From: an uncultured Planctomycetales bacterium
Lineage (GTDB): Bacteria; Planctomycetota; SBBH01
Reading direction: 5' to 3'
Length of the DNA: 64,000 nucleotides
Assembly: GCA_964455625.1 (NCBI GenBank)
Contig: CAYVXZ010000004.1
Span: forward strand, 77,207 to 141,206
Shown here: positions 37,839 to 46,937 of the stretch, piece after piece
Numbering within the stretch: the first letter of the stretch is position 1
How the letters are laid out: every line of letters starts with the position of its first letter
Notes under the pieces: model-generated
Seen by the model: the letters and a program-made list of their open reading frames with translations, nothing else
The model's database searches: none
What the model was told of the DNA's origin: nothing
Made by a program: the position numbers and the translations under genes

Positions 37839-37990
37839 GAAGCGAGCGGCCCGGAGGCGGGCGCGTTTTCGGGGACGTGATGGAGCCGAGGCCGGTCAGG
37901 ACGTGCTGGGCCCGGCGAAATCCCGAGCGACGAAGCGACACGGATGCCGCGAGGAGCGTCCCCCGACGAACGCGCCCGGCATCAGGGGCC
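37839..37990 (+). repeat. Dispersed structured repeat family 1, copy A
   Basis: Aligns with 60560-60695 (+) and 44365-44535 (-). Outer stem 37859-37877/37957-37977. A truncated left-half copy precedes it at 37786-37830. Confidence 0.88.
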
Positions 37991-38031
37991 GCGAAAAGGC
38001 GACCGCCCATAGAGGCGGCTATCGAATTTCT

Positions 38032-38289
38032 TTATGCGACTTGATGAGCGGCCCGCTGGAAAGCTTCGCGGGCATGGCGAAGTTCCGGGGTCCGAAGCCG
38101 TCGGCTCAGACGCTCCACAACCTTCAACTTGTCGGGGTTGAGCAGTTCGACGCCCAAAAGCAGGCCGTTAGCATTGAAATCAACCAGCACTTCAGGGGCG
38201 ACTTCTTCCGTCCGGACGGATTTACCTTCACGGACTGTCAGATAAATGGCTTCGACCCCATGCCGATCGTATTCGATTCGAATGTTCAT
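38032..38289 (-). CDS. DUF2283 family protein (putative antitoxin)
   Basis: IRIEYD..EAIYL....TEEV...VLVDFNANGLLLGVELLN pattern; ATGA overlap with the upstream gene. Confidence 0.85.
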   Translation of the reverse strand: MNIRIEYDRHGVEAIYLTVREGKSVRTEEVAPEVLVDFNANGLLLGVELLNPDKLKVVERLSRRLRTPELRHAREAFQRAAHQVA

Positions 38290-38522
38290 GTTCTTGTCCA
38301 CCAAACTGTGAGGACCATGTATTCTTTCGGCAATTCGTAGTATATCACGTTGAGTTTTCTGCCGCCGAAAACCTTGAGCACTCTGAGCCGCCCCAGACTT
38401 CTCGCGGGAGTGATTAGATCTGGATTTCGAAGCGCAGCTTCGATTTCCTGACGCGAAACGATCCGCTGGTCCATGCGCTGTCGAGCATGCAACATGAAGC
38501 GGACGGGCTTATTGCGACGCAT
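38286..38522 (-). CDS. DUF4258 family protein (putative RelE-like/BrnT-type toxin)
   Basis: F..HARQRM..R.V...EI..AL..PD and LNVIY...VLTV pattern; paired with DUF2283. Confidence 0.8.
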   Translation of the reverse strand: MRRNKPVRFMLHARQRMDQRIVSRQEIEAALRNPDLITPARSLGRLRVLKVFGGRKLNVIYYELPKEYMVLTVWWTRT

Positions 38523-38534
38523 GCTGCGCTCCTA

Positions 38535-39206
38535 TCATCCTTGGCTGACCTTAGCCGAGATCCGGGCGATCACTTCGTCGGTCGTCAGGTTCGTCGTGTC
38601 GATCCGGACGGCGTCCGGGGGGCAGACGAGGGGCGCGACAGCCCGGTGGGTGTCGTGGTCGTCGCGGTCGCGAAGCTCGGCCAGGACTTCGGCGCGCGTG
38701 ACGTTCGGGTTTGAGGCCGAGAGTTCCTTCCAGCGGCGCTCGGCCCGGACCGCCTCGTCCCCGTCGAGGTAGAACTTCCAGCGGGCGTCCGGGAAGACGA
38801 CCGACCCCATGTCGCGCCCTTCGGCGACGGCGGGGCGCCCTTCCGCCAGCTTCCTCTGGATGGGCCGCAGGGCCGAGCGGACCTCCCCCTTCTCGGCGAT
38901 CTTGTAGATCATCCGCGTCACCTCCGGCGTCCGGATGGCGGTGGTAGCGTCGCGCCCCGCGACGAGGAACCGGCCGTCCCGGAACTCCATCGGCGTCCTG
39001 GCAAGAAGCGCCGCCAGGGCGTGCGCGTCGTCGAGATCGACCCTCTCCTCCAGGGCCCGCCAGGTGAGGCCGCGGTAAAGGGCCCCCGTGTCGAGGTGGA
39101 AGCGATTCAAGCGCCGCGCCAGCTCGCGCGCGACGGTGCTCTTTCCGGAGCCGGCCGGCCCGTCGATCGCGACGACGTCCACAAATGCCCCGGCGCGCCC
39201 TGCCAT
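38535..39206 (-). CDS. cmk: Cytidylate kinase
   Basis: IDGPAGSGKST, LDTGALYR, EGRDMGSVVFPDA, RDDHD..R.VAPL. Confidence 0.97.
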   Translation of the reverse strand: MAGRAGAFVDVVAIDGPAGSGKSTVARELARRLNRFHLDTGALYRGLTWRALEERVDLDDAHALAALLARTPMEFRDGRFLVAGRDATTAIRTPEVTRMIYKIAEKGEVRSALRPIQRKLAEGRPAVAEGRDMGSVVFPDARWKFYLDGDEAVRAERRWKELSASNPNVTRAEVLAELRDRDDHDTHRAVAPLVCPPDAVRIDTTNLTTDEVIARISAKVSQG

Positions 39207-39258
39207 CTGCTGTTCTATACTAAAGGCCTCCCGTGACGACGAGCCAGTTTTCTTCTTT

Positions 39259-39290
39259 CTCCTGTCTCCTGACTCCTGACTCCTGTCTCC
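39259..39290 (+). repeat. Short tandem heptamer repeat (CTCCTG[T/A]) x4.5
   Basis: CTCCTGT CTCCTGA CTCCTGA CTCCTGT CTCC in the divergent cmk/alr intergenic region. Confidence 0.85.
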
Positions 39291-39307
39291 AAGACGGGGA
39301 TCTGTAA

Positions 39308-40417
39308 ATGGAGCATCGCGCCTGGTCGGAGATCAACCTCGCCGCGATCAACCGGAACGTCCGCCTGATCCGCAAGCAGGCCGGCACCGCGCACGTCCTC
39401 GTGGTCGTCAAGGCGGACGCCTACGGGCACGGCGCGGTGGAGGTGGCGCGCTCGGTGGTGGAGGCGGGAGCGGCCTTCCTGGGAGTGGGGGATTCCGGCG
39501 AGGCGATCGAGCTCCGGACAGCCGGGATCAAATCCCCCATCCTGGTCCTGGGGAGCCTCATTCCCGGCGAGATCGAGCCGGTGATCACGCACGATGTGGC
39601 GATCACCGTCCACTCGTCGCAGAAGATCCAGATGCTGGACCAGATCGCGAAGGCCCTGAAGAGGCGCCCCCGCGTGCACCTCAAGATCGACACCGGGATG
39701 GGGCGGTTCGGCGCGCTCCCGTCGCGGGCCCTGGAACTCCTGGCGGAGATCACCACGTGCGAGTCACTGGAGCTCGAAGGGCTCTCGACCCACCTGGGGC
39801 CGGTCGCGGCCGAGGACCCGCGGATCCGCCAGCAGCTCGACGTCTTCTCCCGGATCGTGAAGGACGCCGAAGAGCGCGGGATCCGGATCCCGTACAAGCA
39901 CGCCGAGAACTCGCTCGCCCTCTTCCACGGCCCCGACGGCGCGTTCAACCTGGTGCGCCCGGGGGGCGCCGTCTACGGGATTCTGGCCGGCTCCCCCAGG
40001 GAGAACGATCTGGGCCTCGAGCCGGCGCTTGCCCTGAAAAGCCAGATCGTCTTCATCAAGGACCTCCCGGAGGGGGCCTCCGTCGGCTACGCGGGAAGCT
40101 TCACCGCCGCGCGCCCCACTCGCATCGCGATCCTGCCGATCGGGTACAACGACGGGTACCGCTTCGCCCTCGGGAACCGGGGCCAGGTGCTGGTGCGCGG
40201 AAAGCGCGCCCCGGTCGTCGGGCGCGTCTCGATGGACTACACCACGGTGGACGTGACCGATATCCCGGACGCCTCGGTCGGCGACGAGGCGGTCCTGATC
40301 GGCCCGCAGGGGTCCGACCGGATCACCGCGGGGGAGCTCGCCGCCTCCGCCGGGACGATCCCCTACGAGATCCTCTGCGGCCTGGGGAAACGCGTCCGCC
40401 GCGTCTACCAGAAATGA
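39308..40417 (+). CDS. alr: Alanine racemase
   Basis: PLP lysine VVKADAYGHG, KIDTGMGRFG, VGY, IGYNDG, GRVSMD, IPYEILC. Confidence 0.97.
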   Translation: MEHRAWSEINLAAINRNVRLIRKQAGTAHVLVVVKADAYGHGAVEVARSVVEAGAAFLGVGDSGEAIELRTAGIKSPILVLGSLIPGEIEPVITHDVAITVHSSQKIQMLDQIAKALKRRPRVHLKIDTGMGRFGALPSRALELLAEITTCESLELEGLSTHLGPVAAEDPRIRQQLDVFSRIVKDAEERGIRIPYKHAENSLALFHGPDGAFNLVRPGGAVYGILAGSPRENDLGLEPALALKSQIVFIKDLPEGASVGYAGSFTAARPTRIAILPIGYNDGYRFALGNRGQVLVRGKRAPVVGRVSMDYTTVDVTDIPDASVGDEAVLIGPQGSDRITAGELAASAGTIPYEILCGLGKRVRRVYQK

Positions 40418-41595
40418 CCTTTCCGTGGGGACGACGGGCCGCGCTCCTCTTCGCGGCCGCGTTCCTCTTCCGGATCATCTGCGCGATCGCGGCGCGGCAT
40501 CTGGCGTCAGACACCCCCGGGGGTCCGTTCAACTATCCGGATTCCCTCTCCTACCGCGCGATCGCGCGGTCGCTCGTCGAGACCGGCACCTTCGCCGAGG
40601 GGGATCTCCGGGCGAACCGCCCCCCCCTCTACCCGCTCTTCCTGGCGGCGCTCCTCGGCGTCGCGGGAGACGGTTTCTGGACCTGGACCCTTCCCCAGGC
40701 CGCGATCGGGGCGGCGACCTGCCTGTGGCTGGTGCCGGTCGGGCGCGCGCTCGCCTCGGAACGGGCCGGCTGGTGCGCCGCATGGATCCTCGCCTTCTGG
40801 CCGCACCACGCGGCCTACACGCCGCTGGCGCTCTCTGAAACGCTCTTCCTTTTCCTGTTCGTCGCGCACGCGGCCTGCGCGACGGGCATGACGCGTCTCC
40901 CGGTCGCCGTGGCGGCGGGGATCCTCGGCGGGCTCGCCGCGCTCACGCGGCCGGCGACGCTCCTCTTCACGCCGCTCGTTTTCCTCGCAGGGGCCGGGGC
41001 GGCGGGGAAGCGGGACCGGCGGGCCTCGCTCGTGGCGCTCGCCGCCTTCCTGGCGACGCTGGCCCCCTGGACGCTCCGGAACCGCCTCGTTCTGGGGGAC
41101 TGGATCCCGGTCTCGGCGAAGTTCGGCCAGGACCTCCATGAGGGGAACTGCCCCGAGGCGACGGGCGGCCCGGTTTCAGACCGCGTCCGCTGGCCCGACG
41201 CGATCGCGGCGCTCCCCGAGGCGCCGCGCGACGCCGCGCTCGGGCGGCAGGCGCTCCTCTACATGGCGGACCATCCCGCGCGCACGGCCTGGCTCTTCGC
41301 GCGGAAGGCCCTCCGGACCTGGAGCCCGGTTCCGAACGATCCGCGCCACCGGACGGTCCTGATCACGGGCGTCCTGGCCGCCACGTTCGGGACGCTCGTC
41401 GTCCTCGCCTGCCTGGGCGCGCGCCGGATCGCCTGGACCCGGGACGCGCGGATCTGGTTCGTCGGGCTTCCCCTCTTCCTCACGGTCCTGCACGGGTTCC
41501 TCATCGGCTCCGTCCGCTACCGCCTTCCGGCGGAGCCCTTTTTGGCGGTCCTCGCCGGGGCGTTTCTCGTGATCCCCCGGCGCGAACCCGCCTAG
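40414..41595 (+). CDS. ArnT/GT39-like membrane glycosyltransferase
   Basis: YPDSLSY acidic motif, RPPLYPLFLA, LSETLF, LTRPA, WTLRN; ATGA overlap with alr. Confidence 0.8.
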   Translation: MTFPWGRRAALLFAAAFLFRIICAIAARHLASDTPGGPFNYPDSLSYRAIARSLVETGTFAEGDLRANRPPLYPLFLAALLGVAGDGFWTWTLPQAAIGAATCLWLVPVGRALASERAGWCAAWILAFWPHHAAYTPLALSETLFLFLFVAHAACATGMTRLPVAVAAGILGGLAALTRPATLLFTPLVFLAGAGAAGKRDRRASLVALAAFLATLAPWTLRNRLVLGDWIPVSAKFGQDLHEGNCPEATGGPVSDRVRWPDAIAALPEAPRDAALGRQALLYMADHPARTAWLFARKALRTWSPVPNDPRHRTVLITGVLAATFGTLVVLACLGARRIAWTRDARIWFVGLPLFLTVLHGFLIGSVRYRLPAEPFLAVLAGAFLVIPRREPA

Positions 41596-41616
41596 AATGC
41601 GGGGACGAGCCCCACC

Positions 41617-43611
41617 GTGAAGCCCGGACTCAAGAAGACCCTCAAGATCCTCGTTCTCGCGCTCTCCTTTCTCTACGCGATCCACCCGCTGGTCCTGACG
41701 CCGGTCGCCCGCGCGCTCGCCCGGAAGCACTGGCACGGCCGGTCCCGGATCGGGTGGGTCTTCGTGACGCCGCTCGGGACGCTCGCGGCGTCGCGGGTCA
41801 CGCTCGAGTATCCGGAGGGGTACGCCTGGAAGCCGTTCGTGGACGTGAAGAAGCTGCGCGTGCGCCTGTCCGCGGCGCGGACCGCCGCGGGAGCCTGGCG
41901 CCTGGTCCCCGTCGAGGCCTCCTGCCGGTCGATGGCGCTCGTCCTCACGCGCGAGGCGATCCGCTTCGCGTCGGACCGCCCCGCGGGCCAGCCCCCCGCG
42001 GGAGGGAATCTCCTGCCGCTCTCGGTCCGGCTCTCCTGCGAGCGCGGGGCGCTGGCGGTCGACCCGCCGGAAGGGGTCTCGATTTCGGGAGGGGCGGCCC
42101 GGGGGCTCTTCCTCTTCTCGCCGGCCGAGCGGCGCCTGGCGCTCGATTTCACGGCGACCCATCCCCAGTGGGGCGAGGGGCACGTCTCGTGCGAGGCGGA
42201 CCTCGCCCGGCACGCCGCCGTCTGGCGCTTCCACGCCCCCGCCGCGACGGTCGACGCGGGGGTCCTGCCGATGCTCCCCCCGCCGGTCCGCGCGCGCTTC
42301 ACGGAGCTCTCTCCCGAGGGGACGGCCCGCTTCCAGATGACCCTCACGAACCTCCGCGGATCCCCCCCCGCCACCGAGGGACGGATCGTTTTCTCGGGAC
42401 GCGCGATCCGCCTGCCGCCCCCCTGCCCGCTGCCGCTCGAGAACCCGCGCGGGGAGTACGTCTGGGGCCCCCAGGGACACGAGATCCGGGAGTTCCACGC
42501 GTCGTTCGCCGGGACGTCCCTCGTCGCCGACGGCCGGATCGACCCTGCGGCGGGAAAGTTCCACGGCGTGATCCGGACCGGGGAGGCGCCCCTGCCGCCG
42601 GAGCTGTACCCTTTCCTGCCGCCGCGCCTGGCGAAGACCTGGGATTTCCTGGGGCCGGCGGGGACGCTGACGCTGGACGTCGGGGTCTCCGGCCATTTCC
42701 ACGAGTCGGTCCGCGCCTCGACCACCTTCCACGCCGTCATGAAGGAGGCGTCGCTCGCCGCGCTCGCCCCGCCCGCGACGGGGCTCACGGGAACGCTGGA
42801 TCTCGAGCTCCTGGGGCGCGGCGACACCCTCCACGGCGAGGGGGAAGCGCGCCTCGCGTCCGCCCGGGTGGGGCCGGTCCCGCTCGACCATGTCCGGATC
42901 CCGCTTTTCATCGGAAGCGGCGAGGACGGGCGGACGGTGTCGCTGGGGCTTCCCGACCTCCCGTTCGAGGCGGGGTGCGCCGGAGGGATCACGCGCGGAC
43001 ACGTCCGCTTCCAGGAGGCCCCCCTGCCGACGGCGACGATCGACGTCTCGGGACACGACATCCGGATCGAGAAACTCCTCGTCGATATCCTGGGCTCTTC
43101 GCGCGACATCTCCGGGAAGCTCGAGCACGCGCTCCACCTGGAGCGGAGCGCCGACGGATGGCGCGGCACCGGCTCCATCGACATCAGGGACGGTGACCTC
43201 GGGAAGCTTCCGACCCTCACCGGGATCGTCGAGCGCCTCCTGGGGAAGGAGAAGGTCGACGCGGCCCGCATCCGCCGGGTGGAGGCGGAGTTTCGCGTCC
43301 ACCCGCAGAAGCTGGTGGTGACGCACCTCAAGGTCCACGGCAAGAACCTGGCGCTCTACGCCGCCGACGGGGAGATCCGCCGGGATGGCCGGATCGACTT
43401 CACCTTCTATGCCGGCGCGCGCCACCACCTCCTGGAAAACGTCCCGATCCTGAACGAGATCTGGCAGCTCGCGACGGGGGTCCTGACGGGGCTCGCCTCG
43501 GTGCGCGTCACGGGAACCTGGAAGGAACCGGCCTACGAGCTGGCGCCCCTGCGCGCCCCCGTGAAATCGATCACCGGAATACTCGAGGGACTCGTGGGAA
43601 ACGAGGAGTAG
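41617..43611 (+). CDS. AsmA-like (repeating beta-groove) envelope protein
   Basis: Single N-terminal TM, beta-rich body, C-terminal AsmA_2-like pattern (GTGSIDIRDG...SVRVTGTWKEP). GTG start. Confidence 0.7.
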   Translation: MKPGLKKTLKILVLALSFLYAIHPLVLTPVARALARKHWHGRSRIGWVFVTPLGTLAASRVTLEYPEGYAWKPFVDVKKLRVRLSAARTAAGAWRLVPVEASCRSMALVLTREAIRFASDRPAGQPPAGGNLLPLSVRLSCERGALAVDPPEGVSISGGAARGLFLFSPAERRLALDFTATHPQWGEGHVSCEADLARHAAVWRFHAPAATVDAGVLPMLPPPVRARFTELSPEGTARFQMTLTNLRGSPPATEGRIVFSGRAIRLPPPCPLPLENPRGEYVWGPQGHEIREFHASFAGTSLVADGRIDPAAGKFHGVIRTGEAPLPPELYPFLPPRLAKTWDFLGPAGTLTLDVGVSGHFHESVRASTTFHAVMKEASLAALAPPATGLTGTLDLELLGRGDTLHGEGEARLASARVGPVPLDHVRIPLFIGSGEDGRTVSLGLPDLPFEAGCAGGITRGHVRFQEAPLPTATIDVSGHDIRIEKLLVDILGSSRDISGKLEHALHLERSADGWRGTGSIDIRDGDLGKLPTLTGIVERLLGKEKVDAARIRRVEAEFRVHPQKLVVTHLKVHGKNLALYAADGEIRRDGRIDFTFYAGARHHLLENVPILNEIWQLATGVLTGLASVRVTGTWKEPAYELAPLRAPVKSITGILEGLVGNEE

Positions 43612-43616
43612 GAAGC

Positions 43617-44327
43617 ATGGAAAGGGCCTGGTTCGCGTCCGACGTGCATCTGAACCCCGCCGACCCGGCGAGAACGCGCCGCTTCCTCGCGTTCCTCGCG
43701 GGCTGGAAACGTGCCGACTGCCCCCTCTACGTCCTGGGGGACCTCTTCGACTGGTGGCTGGGGCGCGGGCACGTGGCGTCAGGCGAGTTCGCCGAAGTCC
43801 TGGACGGGATCCGCGACGCCGCGCGCGGCCACACCCATCCCATCCGCTTCATCTTCGGGAACCGCGACTTCCTGATCCGCACCCCCGCCGGCGCACCGGC
43901 GGGGCTGACGCCGCTCGGGGAATCGGCCGAGATCAACCTCGCCGGAAGGCGCGTGCTTCTCGTCCACGGCGACCAGCTCTGCACGCAGGACACGCGCCAC
44001 CAGCGCTACCGCGCCGTCATGCTGGGCCCCGCCGGGCGCCTCATGGATCTGGCCCTGCCGTTCATCGTGAAACTCGCGATCGCGCAAAGGCTCCGGAAGG
44101 CGAGCCGCGGCGGGACCTGTGAGGCGTCGATCCCGGAAGAGGCCGTGCTCCCCCTTTTCCGCCGCGGGATCGACACCGTGATCTGCGGCCACATCCACAG
44201 GCAGGGGACGCATGTCCACGACGTGGGCGGCCGCCCCCATACCCTGTACGTTCTCGCCGACTGGTGCCAGGGGACCCCCTTCCTCGAGTTCGACAAGGGG
44301 GCATTCCGGTTCAGGGAATCCGTCTGA
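43617..44327 (+). CDS. lpxH: UDP-2,3-diacylglucosamine diphosphatase
   Basis: SDVHL, LGDLFDWW, GNRDF, HGDQLCT.D..Y, GHIH. Confidence 0.92.
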   Translation: MERAWFASDVHLNPADPARTRRFLAFLAGWKRADCPLYVLGDLFDWWLGRGHVASGEFAEVLDGIRDAARGHTHPIRFIFGNRDFLIRTPAGAPAGLTPLGESAEINLAGRRVLLVHGDQLCTQDTRHQRYRAVMLGPAGRLMDLALPFIVKLAIAQRLRKASRGGTCEASIPEEAVLPLFRRGIDTVICGHIHRQGTHVHDVGGRPHTLYVLADWCQGTPFLEFDKGAFRFRESV

Positions 44328-44364
44328 ACCCGGGGCGCTGACGGCGCCGATGGCCGCTCCAAAG

Positions 44365-44535
44365 GGCGGCCCTGATCGTCGGGCGCGTTCTCCGGGGACG
44401 TTCCTCGCGACATCCTGCCGCTCGTCACTCGGGTTGCGCCGCCGCCCGCGAAGCGCGGGAACGGCTACGGCCCTCCGCATCCTGCTCCGGGCCTGCTCCA
44501 CACGCCCCGTCGAACGCACCCGCCGCGGGCCGCCG
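44365..44535 (-). repeat. Dispersed structured repeat family 1, copy C (with an extra inserted hairpin)
   Basis: Reverse complement CCCGAGTGACGAGCGGCAGGATGTCGCGAGGAACGTCCCCGGAGAACGCGCCCGACGATCAGGGCC matches copy A CCCGAGCGACGAAGCGACACGGATGCCGCGAGGAGCGTCCCCCGACGAACGCGCCCGGCATCAGGGGCC. Confidence 0.85.
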
Positions 44536-44673
44536 GAGCGGCCGAGCTGTCAGCCCCTTCGCGGCCCCCTACCGATTCAACAACACACAGCTTCGCCGCG
44601 GGGCGCGCGCTGTCGCGTTCATTCAGCTCTATCAACGATCGACCGGCCGGGGCCGCCCGTACAGACAGCCGTT

Positions 44674-45147
44674 TCAAGCATTCGCAATTCGAGTGGTGTG
44701 CAAAATGGCCCAGAGCAAGAAAAGGACGAAAAGCCCGATGAAGAACGCATAAAAGATCGAGACGTTTCTCGCGTACCTGGCGCCCTTTTCCTGATCCTCC
44801 ATCGGCCGACCGTATCCGTCCGCCGTGACGCGGCGCATATCGACAACGGACCAAACCGCGTTGATCACGATCCCGACCCAGAACCAGCCCAGAACCAGGA
44901 GGATGACGAGCTGGATGATGCCTTGCAGATACCGTCTCGCGTAGAAATTGTGGATCCCCGCCAGTCCCCCCAGGAATAACGCGACGAGGACATAGATTGC
45001 CCTGCTTCTCAAGGGGCGCGCGTGTTGGGCCGCCTGCAGGACGCGTTCGGCCCGGATCTTCTCGTCGAGGATCTCCCCGCAATGCTTGCACTTAACGGCG
45101 CCTTCCTGGATCTCCTCCTTGCAGTACGGGCAGGTGGCCGTGGACAT
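44674..45147 (-). CDS. Zinc-ribbon + TM2 (NINE) domain membrane protein
   Basis: CPYC...CKHC zinc ribbon; TM2 signature YVLVALFLGGLAGIHNFYARRYLQGIIQL. Confidence 0.88.
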   Translation of the reverse strand: MSTATCPYCKEEIQEGAVKCKHCGEILDEKIRAERVLQAAQHARPLRSRAIYVLVALFLGGLAGIHNFYARRYLQGIIQLVILLVLGWFWVGIVINAVWSVVDMRRVTADGYGRPMEDQEKGARYARNVSIFYAFFIGLFVLFLLWAILHTTRIANA

Positions 45148-45150
45148 GAC

Positions 45151-46935
45151 TTAATCGACGATGTCGAGCATGCGAAAGACCGGTATCACCGTCTCGCCGC
45201 CCGTCTTCCGACGGAACGACTTGTTCCCGACAAAGACGCTGAAACCGCTGATCAGCTTGTCCTGCGTCAAGTCCGATGCCTCCCTGCCCTCCAGCACCCA
45301 AAGCGTTCCCTGGCCGGCATCGACGATGCAGTGGCCGTCGACATGCTGGAAGACCTGGCCGACACACGGGAAGATATCCCCCGTTTCCGCCGCGTCGGCC
45401 CCGAGCAACAGACGGCTGAAATGCACCTCTTCTCTCTCCTCCCCGAGAAGCGCGCGCAGGCGGTTGAATTCCGCGCGGGGCACCTTGGGCTTCCCCAGGA
45501 CGGCATCCCTCCCTTTCCGGCGCATCTCCAGGGCCGCCTCGTAGCGGGGATCCAGGACGAGGACGTCGGACGCGATCTCCACCGCCTCCAGGGGCGCGCC
45601 CCCCTCAAGGCGGGCCTTGGCCTTCTCCAGAAGGGCGCCGGCGACCCTAGCCTTTTCGGCGGCCGGCATCGCCTCGATGGCCCCGCCCACATCGACCAGT
45701 AGCAAGGACGCCTCCGTCGATCCCGGCTTGAGCGCTAGGACCCGCGAGAGCTTCCGCTTGGCGGAGAGATAATCCTTGTCCGCCAGGGATTCCCGGGCTT
45801 GCGCCATCCCTTCCTCGACCGACCTGGCGACCGACTCTTCCTTCTTCTTTTCGACCCCTTCGCGCACGCCTCGGATGAAGGCGTCGATATCCCGCCCCAT
45901 CTCGGTGCTCGCGTCCGGCGCGATGCCGAGCGCGGAAAGCTTGTGGAGATGCGCCTGGGGCTCGTTGCCGGCCCTCGTCACCTCGGCCATGGATGCCGCG
46001 CGGGACAGGGCCTCGTATTGCCCGATCACGAGCCTCCAGTGGACACCCGAGACGTCCATCGCCAGCGCCTTCCGGACGGCGTCGCCCGCCTTCTCCTTCT
46101 CGCCGGCGCGGGCCAGGATCTCGGCCTTTTCCACCTCCCTCTTCAGCGCCCGGTACTTTTCGTTCGTGGGATCCTCGGGCACCATGCAGGTCTCAAGGAA
46201 CTTCCGGACGCGTTCCGCCAGAAGCTCCGACTTGTTCCGAGCGGCTTTCACTTCATCGTGCGCAACGCAGATCGCTCGATTCGCCCGATGCCGACGCGCT
46301 CCGTGCAACGCGTCCCTCGGATGGGGCATCTCGATCCAGAGATAACGCTCCCCAGCATCCCCCTGCAGAACCGCCGCCTCGCAAAGCACGCCTGTCGCTC
46401 CACCGTTGAGCCCGATCTCGAAAAGACCACGACCGCTATCCGTTCCCCCGTATTCGTTTTTGATGGCAAAGATGACAAGAAAACGCAACGTGACCGGCTT
46501 TTCACGCGGCTCCAAAACCTCGTCAAGGAGCGCCGTGTTCTCCTGCAAGGCGTTTTTAGCGTCCCTCGAAAATCTCTTCAGCGTCCGCGCCACGTATTTC
46601 GGATCACCCTTCTCCTTTTCGAATTGCTGACGCGTGACCTCGCCGGACAGCAAGCCCTTCGTGACGAGGACATCCGGCATCGGAACGAAGGGCTTGCCGT
46701 CCACTTCCACCAGATAACACGCATCCCAAGAGAGGAAAGATTTTCCGTCTTCCGTTTTCTTGTTGCGGAGAATCCAATCGAAACATTCACCCAAAGGGCT
46801 TTCCCGCGAGATCTTGACAGGCACCAATGCCACGTAATCGTCGCCCGCATAAGCCGGGAAGCCGCCAGACATGGCGGCCGAGAGAGCGGCCAATGCCGCG
46901 ACCCAACCGCGCCACGTGCCTCCCCTATGTGGCAT
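45151..46935 (-). CDS. Large exported hypothetical protein with TPR-like helices
   Basis: Signal peptide (ends AYA-G), unknown N-terminal domain, TPR-like repeats (AKRKLSRVLALKPGS, ASDVLVLDPRY); 594-aa ORF. Confidence 0.75.
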   Translation of the reverse strand: MPHRGGTWRGWVAALAALSAAMSGGFPAYAGDDYVALVPVKISRESPLGECFDWILRNKKTEDGKSFLSWDACYLVEVDGKPFVPMPDVLVTKGLLSGEVTRQQFEKEKGDPKYVARTLKRFSRDAKNALQENTALLDEVLEPREKPVTLRFLVIFAIKNEYGGTDSGRGLFEIGLNGGATGVLCEAAVLQGDAGERYLWIEMPHPRDALHGARRHRANRAICVAHDEVKAARNKSELLAERVRKFLETCMVPEDPTNEKYRALKREVEKAEILARAGEKEKAGDAVRKALAMDVSGVHWRLVIGQYEALSRAASMAEVTRAGNEPQAHLHKLSALGIAPDASTEMGRDIDAFIRGVREGVEKKKEESVARSVEEGMAQARESLADKDYLSAKRKLSRVLALKPGSTEASLLLVDVGGAIEAMPAAEKARVAGALLEKAKARLEGGAPLEAVEIASDVLVLDPRYEAALEMRRKGRDAVLGKPKVPRAEFNRLRALLGEEREEVHFSRLLLGADAAETGDIFPCVGQVFQHVDGHCIVDAGQGTLWVLEGREASDLTQDKLISGFSVFVGNKSFRRKTGGETVIPVFRMLDIVD

Positions 46936-46937
46936 TG

